A stretch of DNA of 64,000 nt from Vicinamibacteria bacterium (lineage in GTDB: Bacteria > Acidobacteriota > Vicinamibacteria > Marinacidobacterales > Marinacidobacteraceae). A program made the translations under genes and the position numbers. Positions 30,405-39,800 of the stretch are shown piece by piece. The notes under the pieces are model-generated. The model saw only the letters and a program-made list of their open reading frames with translations. It had not been told where the DNA came from and made no database searches. Within the stretch, counting starts at the first letter, position 1. Each line of letters starts with the position of its first letter. The stretch covers positions 448,001 through 512,000 of the forward strand of contig OY821641.1 in NCBI GenBank assembly GCA_963555995.3, in the 5' to 3' direction.

Positions 30405-30707
30405 CTACGCGGGAGGGGCGCGGGCGGGCTGGCGAAGGTAGAGCCGGGACGGGACCCGGACGACCTCGCGCGCCTGCTCAAACGGAGCCGCGGCATCGGC
30501 GAATCCGATGTGCAGCGAGCCGGAGAGTTCGGCGGCAGGCTGGTGTGGGGTCTGGCAGACCGCGCAGTGCTCACCGACGGTGTGCTCTTCCTCACAGAAG
30601 ACCTCCGCGGCGGCGGCGCCGGCCACCGCCAACACCAGGACAAGGGTCCATGCGCTCCAGCCAAGGCTGCGCCGAGCGAGCCTCGGGTGTGCATGTCCTC
30701 GTCGCAT
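30405..30707 (-). CDS. DUF2946-like (CruR/CutF-type) leader protein with CxxC and C-terminal RAPP motif
   Basis: 100 aa: hydrophobic N-terminal segment, HCAVC, ends RQPARAPPA*; lies about 200 nt upstream of the TBDR in the same orientation. Confidence 0.8.
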   Translation of the reverse strand: MRRGHAHPRLARRSLGWSAWTLVLVLAVAGAAAAEVFCEEEHTVGEHCAVCQTPHQPAAELSGSLHIGFADAAAPFEQAREVVRVPSRLYLRQPARAPPA

Positions 30708-30798
30708 AGCTGCCGAATCGAACAGGTCAGTATACGGGCGAGGAGTGTTTGCCGTAAGCCTCGTTTCGCCTCCGTCCCTGGATCATCGGTCTTCCACG

Positions 30799-30892
30799 TC
30801 CGGCCAGGACGCCACGCAGAACGCCTCGCAAAGGCGCAATTCAGCCGGGATGCATCTCCCCTCGAGCGCCGCGTGGGTCTTGCCACGGGCTG
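30799..30892. mobile_element. Degenerate right half of MITE family B
   Basis: Aligns with the 3' half of the copies at 39622 and 53049 (...GGGATGCATC...GCCGCGTGGGTCTTGCCACGGGCTG-CTAA). Confidence 0.75.
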
Positions 30893-30908
30893 CTAACGTC
30901 CACCCAAC

Positions 30909-33900
30909 ATGCCGGACCGACTCTCCGCCTGTCTCACATTCCATCTGGTCTCCGGACTCCTGCTGACCCTCGCGGGAGCGGCCATCGCGCAGCCCGTCAC
31001 GACCGATCCGTCGCAGCTTGGCGGCCTGAAGTGGCGCACCATCGGTCCCGACGGGAACCGGCTGAGCGCGGCCACGGGTGAATGGGGCAACCCCGACGTC
31101 ATCTACTTCGGCGCGGCGTCCGGGGGGATCTGGAAGACCAGTGACCGCGGGGTCACCTGGGAGCCGGTCTTCGACGACCAGGAGGCGGCTTCCATCAGCG
31201 CGCTCGCCGTTTCCCCCTCGCATCCGGGCCAGGTCTGGGCCGGCACCGGCGAGACGTTCATCATCCGGCCGGCGCTCGCGATGGGGAACGGCATCTACCG
31301 TTCCACCGACGGCGGCCGGTCGTTCCACCACCGGGGCCTCGAGGCGACCGGGCGCATCGCCCGGATCCTGGTCCATCCCGAGGACCCGAACCTCGTCTTC
31401 GCCTGCGCGCTCGGCCACTCCTACGCGCCGCAGCCGGAGCGCGGCGTCTATCGCACGCGCGACGGCGGCGCGAACTGGGAGCTGGTCCTCCACGTGGACG
31501 AACACACCGGCTGCTCCGACCTCGCGATGGATCTCCGGCATCCCGAGCGGCTGCTCGCCGGGATGTGGCAACTCCGGATCGATACCGGCGGCCTGAAGAG
31601 CGGCGGGCCGGGCAGCGGGCTTTACCGCTCGCGTGACGGGGGGGACTCGTGGGAACGGATTTCGGGTGAGGAATCCGACGACGGCGGCGGCCGGGGACTC
31701 CCCGGCGGAGAGGCGCACCCCATCGGCAAGGTGGCGGTCGCGATCGCCCCGAGCGACCCGGATCGCTGGTACGCGCTGATCGAGGACGAGAGCCCCGGCT
31801 TCTACCGCTCGGACGACGGCGGGGACTCGTGGCGGCTGATGATGACCCACCACGATCTCGCCGAGCGCGCGCCCTACTACGTCCGGATCGCCGTGGACTC
31901 GGCGGACGCCGACCGCGTCTATTTCGCCTCGGTGCTGTTCAGCACCACCGTGGACGGGGGCCGCACCCTGATCGAGACCTCCTACCGCGCCGGTGGCGAC
32001 AACCACGACGTCTGGGTGGACCCCTGGATGCCGGAGCGCATCCTGGTCGGCCACGACGGGGGCGGGAGCATCTCCGAGAACCGCGGGGAGAGCTGGCGCC
32101 GGGTGGTGCCGCCGGTGGCCCAGATGTACCACGTCACCGTGGACGACCGGATCCCCTACCGGGTCTATGGGAACCGGCAGGACGGCTACTCGTACCGGGG
32201 ACCCAGCCGCACCCCGGGCGGCGGGATTCCGCTCGGGCTCTGGGAGGGGGTCGGGGGCTGCGAGAGCGGCTGGGCCACCCCGGAACCCCACGACGACAAC
32301 GTGGTCTGGTCGGGGTGCTACGACGGCGGGCTGGAGATCTACGACGACCGCACCGGACACGTCCGCGACGTGCGGGTCTGGCCGGAAGCGGGGTATGGCT
32401 GGGCGCCCGCGGACCTGAAGGTGCGCTGGCACTGGAACTTCCCGATGGTCCTGTCGCGCCACGAACCGGGGACCACCTGGGTCGGCAGCCAGTTCGTCCA
32501 CCGGAGCCGGAACCGCGGCCAGTCCTGGGAGACCATCAGCCCCGACCTGACGACGGACGACAAGTCGCGCCAGCAGGACTCGGGCGGCATCACCGTGGAC
32601 AACCTCTACACCTTCGACGGCTCGGTGCTGTTCGCGCTCGCCGAGTCGCCGCTCCGGGCCGGACAGCTCTGGGCCGGGAGCGTGGACGGGAAGGTCCACG
32701 TCACCACCGACGGCGGGGAGACCTGGCTCGACCGGAGCGGGAACGTGCCGGGACTCGACCGGGACGCGTGGATCAAGTTCATCGAGCCCTCGCACCACGA
32801 CCCGGAGACCGCCTACCTGGCGGTGAGCTGGCACCAGTCGGGCGACTTCCGGCCGCACATCTACCGCACCCGGGACCTCGGGGAGAGCTGGGAGCGGATC
32901 GGTGGCGGGATCCCCGAGTCTCCGTTCTCGTTCGTCCACGTGGTCCGGGAGGATCCCGGCCGCGCCGGCATCCTCTTCGCCGGGACCGATAACCGCGTCT
33001 GGGCGAGCCTCGACGACGGCGGCTCCTGGTTCTCTTTGCAGCTCGACATGCCGCCGGCGCCGATCTACGGGATCGTGATCCAGGAGCGGTTCGAGGACCT
33101 GGTGGTCGCGACCTACGGCCGCGGCTTCTACATTCTGGACGGCATCGGCCCGCTCCGGGATCTTGCCGACGCGTCGGACGATCCGCTGCGGGTCTTCGAT
33201 TCCCCGACCGCCTGGAGGTTCCTGCCGCGGCAGACCATCAAGTCGGAGCCGGGCAGCCTGGTGACCGGGCAGAACGCCCCCTACGGCGCCCCCGTCTCCT
33301 GGTGGTTCGACGGGGATGCCGCCGCCGAGCGCGCCGAAATCGCCATCGTGAACGCGGACGGGGAGACCGTGCGCACCCTTCGCGGACCGGGAACCGCCGG
33401 ACTCTCGCGCGTCCACTGGGACCTTCGCGGCGAGACGCCGGACCGGGCCGTCCTCCGCACCCGGCCCCCCGACCGGGACTGGGTGGAAATGGGCGAGGAC
33501 GGGGAGCGCCGCATCCGCACCTGGGACCTCGACATCTTCCCCGGCTACCGCGGGCTGCTCCAGCCCCCGGGGGACTACACCGCCCGGGTCACGGTGGGGG
33601 AACACACCGCGGAAACCATCCTGCGCGTGGAAGTGGATCCCTCATCCGCCGCCACCGCCGACGACATCCGGGAGAAGTACGCGTTCCTGAACGCCATCCA
33701 CGCGCAGCTCGACGAGCTGGCGGCGATGGTGGACGAGCTCGAATGGGTGCGCCGGGAGATCGAGGGGCTCCGGGAGCGCCACGCCGGGGACGAGCGGTTC
33801 GCGGCGCTGCTCGAGAGCGCCGGCGAGATCGCGGGGACGGCGATCGCCATCGAGGGGCGCTTCTTCGATGTGGGGCTCACCGGAGCCCGCGAGGACGCCT

Positions 33901-34121
33901 TCCGGGCGCCGATGCGGCTCTACGGCCGGCTCGGCGCGCTCGCGAACGACGCCGGCTGGGACGGCGCCGACTTCGCGCCCACCGACCAGCAGCGCGAGGT
34001 CCACGGGATTCTCACGGAGCGCTTCGAGGCGGCCCGCGGGGAATACCGCCGGTTGATGGACGAGCAGCTCCCGCCCTTCTGGAGGGCGCTCGCCGACGTG
34101 CGCTCGGGCGGCGGAGAATGA
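30909..34121 (+). CDS. VPS10/sortilin-like BNR-repeat beta-propeller glycosyl hydrolase, secreted
   Basis: WRTIGP, GAASGGIWKTSDRG, multiple SxDGGxSW BNR repeats, ATYGRGFYILD, C-terminal coiled coil. Confidence 0.9.
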   Translation: MPDRLSACLTFHLVSGLLLTLAGAAIAQPVTTDPSQLGGLKWRTIGPDGNRLSAATGEWGNPDVIYFGAASGGIWKTSDRGVTWEPVFDDQEAASISALAVSPSHPGQVWAGTGETFIIRPALAMGNGIYRSTDGGRSFHHRGLEATGRIARILVHPEDPNLVFACALGHSYAPQPERGVYRTRDGGANWELVLHVDEHTGCSDLAMDLRHPERLLAGMWQLRIDTGGLKSGGPGSGLYRSRDGGDSWERISGEESDDGGGRGLPGGEAHPIGKVAVAIAPSDPDRWYALIEDESPGFYRSDDGGDSWRLMMTHHDLAERAPYYVRIAVDSADADRVYFASVLFSTTVDGGRTLIETSYRAGGDNHDVWVDPWMPERILVGHDGGGSISENRGESWRRVVPPVAQMYHVTVDDRIPYRVYGNRQDGYSYRGPSRTPGGGIPLGLWEGVGGCESGWATPEPHDDNVVWSGCYDGGLEIYDDRTGHVRDVRVWPEAGYGWAPADLKVRWHWNFPMVLSRHEPGTTWVGSQFVHRSRNRGQSWETISPDLTTDDKSRQQDSGGITVDNLYTFDGSVLFALAESPLRAGQLWAGSVDGKVHVTTDGGETWLDRSGNVPGLDRDAWIKFIEPSHHDPETAYLAVSWHQSGDFRPHIYRTRDLGESWERIGGGIPESPFSFVHVVREDPGRAGILFAGTDNRVWASLDDGGSWFSLQLDMPPAPIYGIVIQERFEDLVVATYGRGFYILDGIGPLRDLADASDDPLRVFDSPTAWRFLPRQTIKSEPGSLVTGQNAPYGAPVSWWFDGDAAAERAEIAIVNADGETVRTLRGPGTAGLSRVHWDLRGETPDRAVLRTRPPDRDWVEMGEDGERRIRTWDLDIFPGYRGLLQPPGDYTARVTVGEHTAETILRVEVDPSSAATADDIREKYAFLNAIHAQLDELAAMVDELEWVRREIEGLRERHAGDERFAALLESAGEIAGTAIAIEGRFFDVGLTGAREDAFRAPMRLYGRLGALANDAGWDGADFAPTDQQREVHGILTERFEAARGEYRRLMDEQLPPFWRALADVRSGGGE

Positions 34122-34140
34122 CTCGTACCCGGGGTTCCCG

Positions 34141-35877
34141 ATGAGCGAAGAGCACTCCCGTTTCGGGTCCCGGAACCTGCTGGCCGCCGCCGCGCTCGCG
34201 GCCTACGGCTGGTTCGCCGCCGCCTACGGGCCCGACGGTTCGTTCCCCGGATCGGACTTCGGATCGCTCGCCTACGGGCTGTCCCGGCAGGGACTCTGGT
34301 TCGTGCCGGTCGGGATCCTGATCCCGCAGGTGCTTCCCCGGATGCGGGGCGTCCTCACCGGTTTCTTCCTGGTGCTGTTCCCCTCGCTGCTGATCGGCGC
34401 CGTGGTGACCGCGCTCGTGATCGCGGCGCCGGACGCCGCTCCCTGGCGGGTGCTGGAGAGCTTCGTCTTTCCCGAGGTGGCCACCCTGCTCGCGCCGTGG
34501 ACCGGGACGTTCGTCGGGGCGCTGTTCGGCGCCGTCATCGCGCGGGGACCCGGTTCGGCGCTGGTCCTCATTCCGGTGCTGGTCGCCATTGCCGCGGTCC
34601 TCCTCGCGAGCGTCGCCGTGCTGCTCCTGCTGATCACCGACCGGGTTGCGGTGGTGGACCCCATCGGCCCGCCCGGATCGCCGGACGGCCAGTACCGCGA
34701 CGCCTTCGCCGACTTCTATCGGGACGGAGCGCCCGGTTCGCAGGCGGCGCTGAACGCGGCCACCTTCGCCGCCGGTTTCCGGCTGGCGCTCGCCGCCGCG
34801 GGCGCGGACCCGGGAGTGCGGCTCCACGCGGCCCCGGCGGGCGATGCGATGGAGATCGCCGGTTCGCTGCCGGTGGCGCTTCCCGCGTTCGGCGCGCGTT
34901 TCCTGAACCTCGCGGCGACCGCGCGGCCGACCGTCGAGGACGGCGAGTTCCGGGCGGCGTTCCGGTCCGTCCGGATCGGAGGCATCGAGGCGCCGCCGGT
35001 CCTCGTCCGGTCCTCGTCCCGGGTCCTCTCACGCTGGCTGCGCCGGAACGCCGCGGTGGCGGCGCTCCTCGCGCCCTTCGACGAGGTCCGGGTCGCGGAT
35101 TCCACCATCGTGGTGCGCTGGCGGGAGAGGGAGGACACCGGCGCCGGCATCCATTCGCGGGTGGGCGGCTACCTGACGCTGCTCGTCCGGGACGCCGACC
35201 TCCTCCGGCAGCAGCCGGACCGGACCTCGGCGGTGCTGCGGCGCACGTTCGCGCTCGCCGCCGTCCGTTCGGCGGGAGGCGACGCGCTGGCCGAGAACCG
35301 GGCCGCCCTGCTCGCCCTCGGGGGCGCGTTCGGACATCCCTCGCTGCTGGACCTGGCGCGCGTCCCCGGCGGCGGGGAGGAAGCGCGTGGACTCCTGGAG
35401 CGCCTTCCGCTGAGCCTGCACGGGCGCCGCGACTGGGCGCGCCATTTCTTCCTGAGCGCCGGCATCGTCCAGGTGGCGCCCGACCGCGTCTCGGGCGGAG
35501 CCGGGCTCCTGAAAGAGCAACTCGACGCCGCGGAGGGCGGGACCGGATTCTCGTTCGCCGACCTGTTGATGGACGAGGCGGGAGCCCGCTTCGGGCGTAC
35601 GGCGACCCGCGACGTGGCGCGGGCGCGCTGGATGCAGGTGCGGCTCGCGGGCGGCGTCCGGGAAGACGACCTCGCGCCGCGCGATGCGGGCCTCCCCGAA
35701 GGGCTGAGCGCCGCCCGGCTGGAGGCCGAATTCGGCGGAGTGGGCGGCGAGGGTTTCCGGGACGTCGAGGCCGAGATCGTGCGCCGGGTGAACGCCCTGC
35801 CGCTCTACCGGATGCGGCTTCCCCAAGCGCCGGCCGGCATCGCTCCCCCTTCGGGTACATTGCCCGGAACGCCATGA
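34141..35877 (+). CDS. Uncharacterised membrane-anchored protein
   Basis: 578 aa; N-terminal TM helices; conserved-looking C-terminal RHFFLSAG...GLLKEQLDA..GGTGFSFADL. Confidence 0.65.
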   Translation: MSEEHSRFGSRNLLAAAALAAYGWFAAAYGPDGSFPGSDFGSLAYGLSRQGLWFVPVGILIPQVLPRMRGVLTGFFLVLFPSLLIGAVVTALVIAAPDAAPWRVLESFVFPEVATLLAPWTGTFVGALFGAVIARGPGSALVLIPVLVAIAAVLLASVAVLLLLITDRVAVVDPIGPPGSPDGQYRDAFADFYRDGAPGSQAALNAATFAAGFRLALAAAGADPGVRLHAAPAGDAMEIAGSLPVALPAFGARFLNLAATARPTVEDGEFRAAFRSVRIGGIEAPPVLVRSSSRVLSRWLRRNAAVAALLAPFDEVRVADSTIVVRWREREDTGAGIHSRVGGYLTLLVRDADLLRQQPDRTSAVLRRTFALAAVRSAGGDALAENRAALLALGGAFGHPSLLDLARVPGGGEEARGLLERLPLSLHGRRDWARHFFLSAGIVQVAPDRVSGGAGLLKEQLDAAEGGTGFSFADLLMDEAGARFGRTATRDVARARWMQVRLAGGVREDDLAPRDAGLPEGLSAARLEAEFGGVGGEGFRDVEAEIVRRVNALPLYRMRLPQAPAGIAPPSGTLPGTP

Positions 35878-35920
35878 GGCCCATTCGTCGAGCGCACCTC
35901 CCCGAGGAGGCGAGCCGCTG

Positions 35921-37024
35921 ATGGCGGACACGGCCTCGCTGCTCGACAGTTGGGAGAGCGAAGTCCAGGCGGCCTGGCTCTACCTGGTGCTGGCCGAGGT
36001 GGAGAGCGGCGAGAACAAGCGCCTCTTCGCAGCGCTCTCGGCGGACGCGCTGGAGCAGAGCAAGGCGTGGGTCAAGGCGATCGAGGAGGCGGGCGGCCCG
36101 GCCCCGGGTCCCTACGAGGCGCCCTTCCGGGTGCGGCTCGTGGGAACGCTGATCCGGCGGATCGGCCCGCGCTCGCTGCTGCCCGCGCTCGCCGCGCTGA
36201 AGGTGCGCGGCCTCTCGGTGTACCGGGCGGCGCCGTCGAGCCTCGAGGTGCTCATCGCGCAGGAGGCCGGTTCGACCGCCCGGGCGGAGTCCCGCGATCA
36301 CCTGCTGGGCGAGGAGCAGCGCCACCTCTACACCCGGGGGGCGGTCGCGCTCCACGCCGCGATCTTCGGGGCGAACGACGGGCTGGTGTCGAACACCGCC
36401 CTCATCCTGGCGGCGAGCGGCGCCGGCGCCTCTCCGGGCACGGCGCTCCTCATCGGCGCCGCCGGAATGGTGGCGGGCGCCGTTTCGATGGCCACCGGGG
36501 AGTACCTCGGGGTACGCTCGCGAATCGAACTCTACGAGCGGCAGATCGCGCTCGAGGAGGAGGAACTGCGGCTCTACCCGGACGACGAGGCCGAGGAGCT
36601 GGCGATGATCTTCGAGGCGCGCGGTCTCGAGCGCGAAGCCGCCCGCGACCTCGGCAAGCGCCTGATCAGCGAGCCCGCCCGGGCGCTCGACGTGCTGACG
36701 CGCGAAGAGCTCGGCCTGAACCCGGACGATCTCGGTTCGCCCTGGGCCTCGGCGCTGGCGTCGCTGCTGAGTTTCGGCGGCGGAGCGCTGGTTCCGTTGC
36801 TTCCGCTGGCGGTGCTGCCGGCGGCCGGCGTGGGCAGCGGCGCCGCGCTGGTCGGGGCGGTGGCCCTGAGCGGCGCGGCGCTCTTCGTGTCGGGGGCGGC
36901 GACGAGCCTCTTCACCGGGCGTTCCGGCATCCGCAGCGGCCTCCGGCTGGCCTCCGTCGGGCTCGCGCTCTCCGGTGTCCTCTACGGTCTTGGACTCGCC
37001 GTCGGGGCAAGCCTCGGCGGCTGA
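35921..37024 (+). CDS. VIT1/CCC1 iron/manganese transporter with N-terminal rubrerythrin-like domain
   Basis: AAIFGANDGLVSN, AGAVSMATGEYL, REELGLNP; GGAGG RBS. Confidence 0.9.
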   Translation: MADTASLLDSWESEVQAAWLYLVLAEVESGENKRLFAALSADALEQSKAWVKAIEEAGGPAPGPYEAPFRVRLVGTLIRRIGPRSLLPALAALKVRGLSVYRAAPSSLEVLIAQEAGSTARAESRDHLLGEEQRHLYTRGAVALHAAIFGANDGLVSNTALILAASGAGASPGTALLIGAAGMVAGAVSMATGEYLGVRSRIELYERQIALEEEELRLYPDDEAEELAMIFEARGLEREAARDLGKRLISEPARALDVLTREELGLNPDDLGSPWASALASLLSFGGGALVPLLPLAVLPAAGVGSGAALVGAVALSGAALFVSGAATSLFTGRSGIRSGLRLASVGLALSGVLYGLGLAVGASLGG

Positions 37025-37030
37025 GCGGTC

Positions 37031-37903
37031 ATGTTCCGCGGACGGGCGCCGGGTTGGGCGTTCGCGGTCCTGTTGGCGTTCGCCGGGGGGTGCGGATCGG
37101 ACGACGCTCCGGCTCCCACCGCCCCGCCGCCTCCGGACCCGCCCCCGGTCGGCCCGCCGCCGGAAACGCTCGATCTTCCCGACGATCCCGGGCACTTCTT
37201 CCTGGAGATCTGGGACGGCCCGGGCTTCGTTCCCGTCGAATACTCGCTGGGACGGCCGCCCCGCTACGCGCTGACCGTCGGAGGCGAGCTCTACTACGAG
37301 GGGCCGACGATCACCATCTTTCCGGGTCCGCTCCTCCCGAACATCCAGCGCGGGGCGATCGCGGAGGAGAGCGTCGCCTCGATCATCGGGGCGACCGCCG
37401 CGACGCGCGTTTCCCAGGTGGATGGCGAGGAGGACATTCCCCAGCCGGCCAGCGGCCCGATCCTCGCCGATGCGCCGACCCTGGAGGTCTTGTTGCGTGA
37501 TCGGCAGGGTTCCCACCGGCTCCGTGTCGAGGCGTTCGCTTCCGTCGCGCACACCGACCCGCGGGTCGCCCTGATCCGCGACCTGATGGACCTGCTCGAC
37601 CAGGCCGCCGCCGGCCCCGGATTCGAACGCTACGCGGGGGACCGGGTCCAGGTGTACTGGAAGGCGAACGCCTCGCTTCCCGATGCGGCAGTGCTGAACG
37701 AGCACCGCTGGCCCCTGCCCGAACCACCGGACCCCGACGCCGGAGACCGCTTCCACTGCCGGGTGTACGAAGGACGGACGGCGGCCGACCTGCTCCAGAC
37801 CTTCGAGACCGCCGACCACGGCGCCCGCTGGGACCACGGCGGCACCCTGCACCAGATCCTGGCGCGGTCGCTGCTCCCGCACGAAAAGGGCTGCGAGCGG
37901 TGA
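37031..37903 (+). CDS. Hypothetical lipoprotein
   Basis: AGGC lipobox, Pro-rich linker, GPGFVP motif; co-oriented with neighbours. Confidence 0.65.
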   Translation: MFRGRAPGWAFAVLLAFAGGCGSDDAPAPTAPPPPDPPPVGPPPETLDLPDDPGHFFLEIWDGPGFVPVEYSLGRPPRYALTVGGELYYEGPTITIFPGPLLPNIQRGAIAEESVASIIGATAATRVSQVDGEEDIPQPASGPILADAPTLEVLLRDRQGSHRLRVEAFASVAHTDPRVALIRDLMDLLDQAAAGPGFERYAGDRVQVYWKANASLPDAAVLNEHRWPLPEPPDPDAGDRFHCRVYEGRTAADLLQTFETADHGARWDHGGTLHQILARSLLPHEKGCER

Positions 37904-38005
37904 CCCGTTTCCGCGGACCTGCCGGGACGCGCGCCGCGCGCTCGTTCGGCGACACGCGATTCCGCTGGACCCCCGAGTAGGCTTGGCGCCGGAGTCGCTC
38001 CTCCG

Positions 38006-38158
38006 ATGAAGTCCGAACCCACCTTCTGGCAGCGGTTGCCCGGGTCCGGACATCCGGTAGTGAAGAAGTTGGCCGGCGCGGCCTTTCTCTTCTTCCTCAT
38101 CAAGGGGCTGATCTGGCTCGGGGTGGCGGCCGCCGCTGCCTGGGCCATCCTGCGTTAG
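38006..38158 (+). CDS. Small single-TM membrane protein (50 aa)
   Basis: MKSEPTFWQRLPGSGHPVVKKLAGAAFLFFLIKGLIWLGVAAAAAWAILR*; 10 nt upstream of cutA; below the ORF-track cutoff. Confidence 0.65.
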   Translation: MKSEPTFWQRLPGSGHPVVKKLAGAAFLFFLIKGLIWLGVAAAAAWAILR

Positions 38159-38168
38159 CCGGGGCGAC

Positions 38169-38522
38169 ATGGCCGACTGCTGGATCGCCCTGACTACGCT
38201 GTCGAGCCGGGAGGAGGCCGAGCAACTGGCCGAGGCGCTGGTGGCGGAACGCCTCGCCGCCTGCGTCAACATCCTCGGTCCGGTGGCCTCCATCTACCGG
38301 TGGGAGGGCAGGGTGGAGCGGGACGAGGAATTCCTCCTCTTCATCAAGACCACGAGGGCGGGCATCGCCCCGCTGCAGACGCGGGTGCTCGAACTCCACC
38401 CCTACGACACCCCCGAATTCCTCGCGTTCGAGGTCGGCGCCGGCGCCCCGGACTATCTCGCGTGGGTGGGCGCTGCGGTCGCCTCGGAACGCCGGCCTCC
38501 GGCCGGCGCCGCTCCGCGATAG
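38169..38522 (+). CDS. cutA: Divalent-cation tolerance protein CutA
   Basis: LAACVNI, SIYRWEG, HPYDTPE, YLAWV. Confidence 0.93.
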   Translation: MADCWIALTTLSSREEAEQLAEALVAERLAACVNILGPVASIYRWEGRVERDEEFLLFIKTTRAGIAPLQTRVLELHPYDTPEFLAFEVGAGAPDYLAWVGAAVASERRPPAGAAPR

Positions 38523-38595
38523 GGGAGCGAAACCGCGCATTCGGCCAGGGACGTCCGTCATCCGGCCCGGAGCGCGGTGACCGCGCGGCCCGGCG

Positions 38596-39561
38596 CTACT
38601 CCGCGATCCGTACCGCCGCGAGCTGGGCGAGCAGTCTCTCGTTCCCCGGCGCCTCCACGAACGTGTCGAACTCCAGGAAGTAGTTGCCCGGGTCATAGCC
38701 CACGAAGACGGTCACGCGGTCGCTCTCGCTGGTGATTCCGGTGCGGGAGCGGTAGCCCTCGGCCCCTTCGAGGTGCTCGTGCCAGGGCGTCACGTCCTCC
38801 ACGAAGAAGCTCACGGTCACCGCCTTGTCCTCGGTGAAGGAGTGCATGCCGCGGGTCGAGTCCACGAGGCCGATGAATCCGGCGTAGGAGGTGCGGAGCC
38901 CCTTCACCCAACCCTGGTCCAGGCTCTCGGGGAAGCCGAACGTGGTCTGGTACCAGTCGAGCATCTCGGGGATGTTCGGGTAGTAGAGCCAGACGATCAT
39001 GGCCTCGAAACCCATTCCCGGACCCGCGGCCGCTTCATCGCCGCCGAGCGGCTCGGTGGTGTCCAGGATGGGCATCAGGTCCACGTTCTCGGCGTGCGGG
39101 AGGAAGCGCTCGAACTCCAGGATGTAGCCGCCCGGATCGAACACCGTGAAGCCGTGATGCGGGGCCTCGGGGTCGGCGGCGTCGGGATCGAAGCGGCTGC
39201 GGAAGTTCGCGCCCGCTGCGTCGAGCCGCGCCTGCCAGTCCGCGAGCCGCTCGGTGATGAGGGCGAAGGCGACCGTCTTCGGCTCGTCGGCGCTGTGCAT
39301 CCCCTCGGCCTCGTCCACGAGCGTCAGGTACGCGGACTCGGCGACCTGGAAGATCTTTGCGAACCCGAAATCGGAGGCGAGCGGGAGTCCGAGCGTGTCG
39401 CGATAGAACGCCTCGGCCTCGGCCAGGTCCGCGTAGTAGAGGAAGGCGTTCTGGGCGAGGACCGGGGGCAGGGGCTCCGTCGGGTCGACCGGCGGATCGG
39501 CCGTTTCCGGGGGCGTCGAGCAGGCGGCGGCGAAGATCAGGGCGGGGAGGAGGCGATGCAT
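38596..39561 (-). CDS. Tandem VOC/glyoxalase-domain lipoprotein
   Basis: AAC lipobox; two repeats FLYY.D...FY...LG ... GMHS...K.V ... DPG.Y.LEF. Confidence 0.8.
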   Translation of the reverse strand: MHRLLPALIFAAACSTPPETADPPVDPTEPLPPVLAQNAFLYYADLAEAEAFYRDTLGLPLASDFGFAKIFQVAESAYLTLVDEAEGMHSADEPKTVAFALITERLADWQARLDAAGANFRSRFDPDAADPEAPHHGFTVFDPGGYILEFERFLPHAENVDLMPILDTTEPLGGDEAAAGPGMGFEAMIVWLYYPNIPEMLDWYQTTFGFPESLDQGWVKGLRTSYAGFIGLVDSTRGMHSFTEDKAVTVSFFVEDVTPWHEHLEGAEGYRSRTGITSESDRVTVFVGYDPGNYFLEFDTFVEAPGNERLLAQLAAVRIAE

Positions 39562-39621
39562 GGCCCGGAAGGTAGCAGCCTGTAGGCAGAGTTGCGCGGC
39601 ATCCGCTGTCGCACGGGTTGA

Positions 39622-39800
39622 CAGCCGGTGGTGAAACCCACGTGAGCGCCGAGACGGGCGAGGCGCCCGGCTGACAAGGCGCGTGCGGGAGGAATACCGG
39701 GTGTATTCCGACCGAAACGCAACACAGAGCGCCTCGTAGAGACGCGGTTCAGACGGGATGCATCGCCCGTCGAACGCCGCGTGGGTTTTGCCACCGGCTG
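39622..39800. mobile_element. MITE family B, 179 bp, full copy 1
   Basis: Terminal IRs CAGCCGGTGGTGAAACCCACG / CGTGGGTTTTGCCACCGGCTG; flanks TTGA and TTAA; near-identical to 53049-53227. Confidence 0.85.

Noticed and set aside
34634-38293. 1219-aa minus-strand ORF
   Set aside because: Arg/Pro/Gly-rich shadow opposite several well-supported + strand genes.
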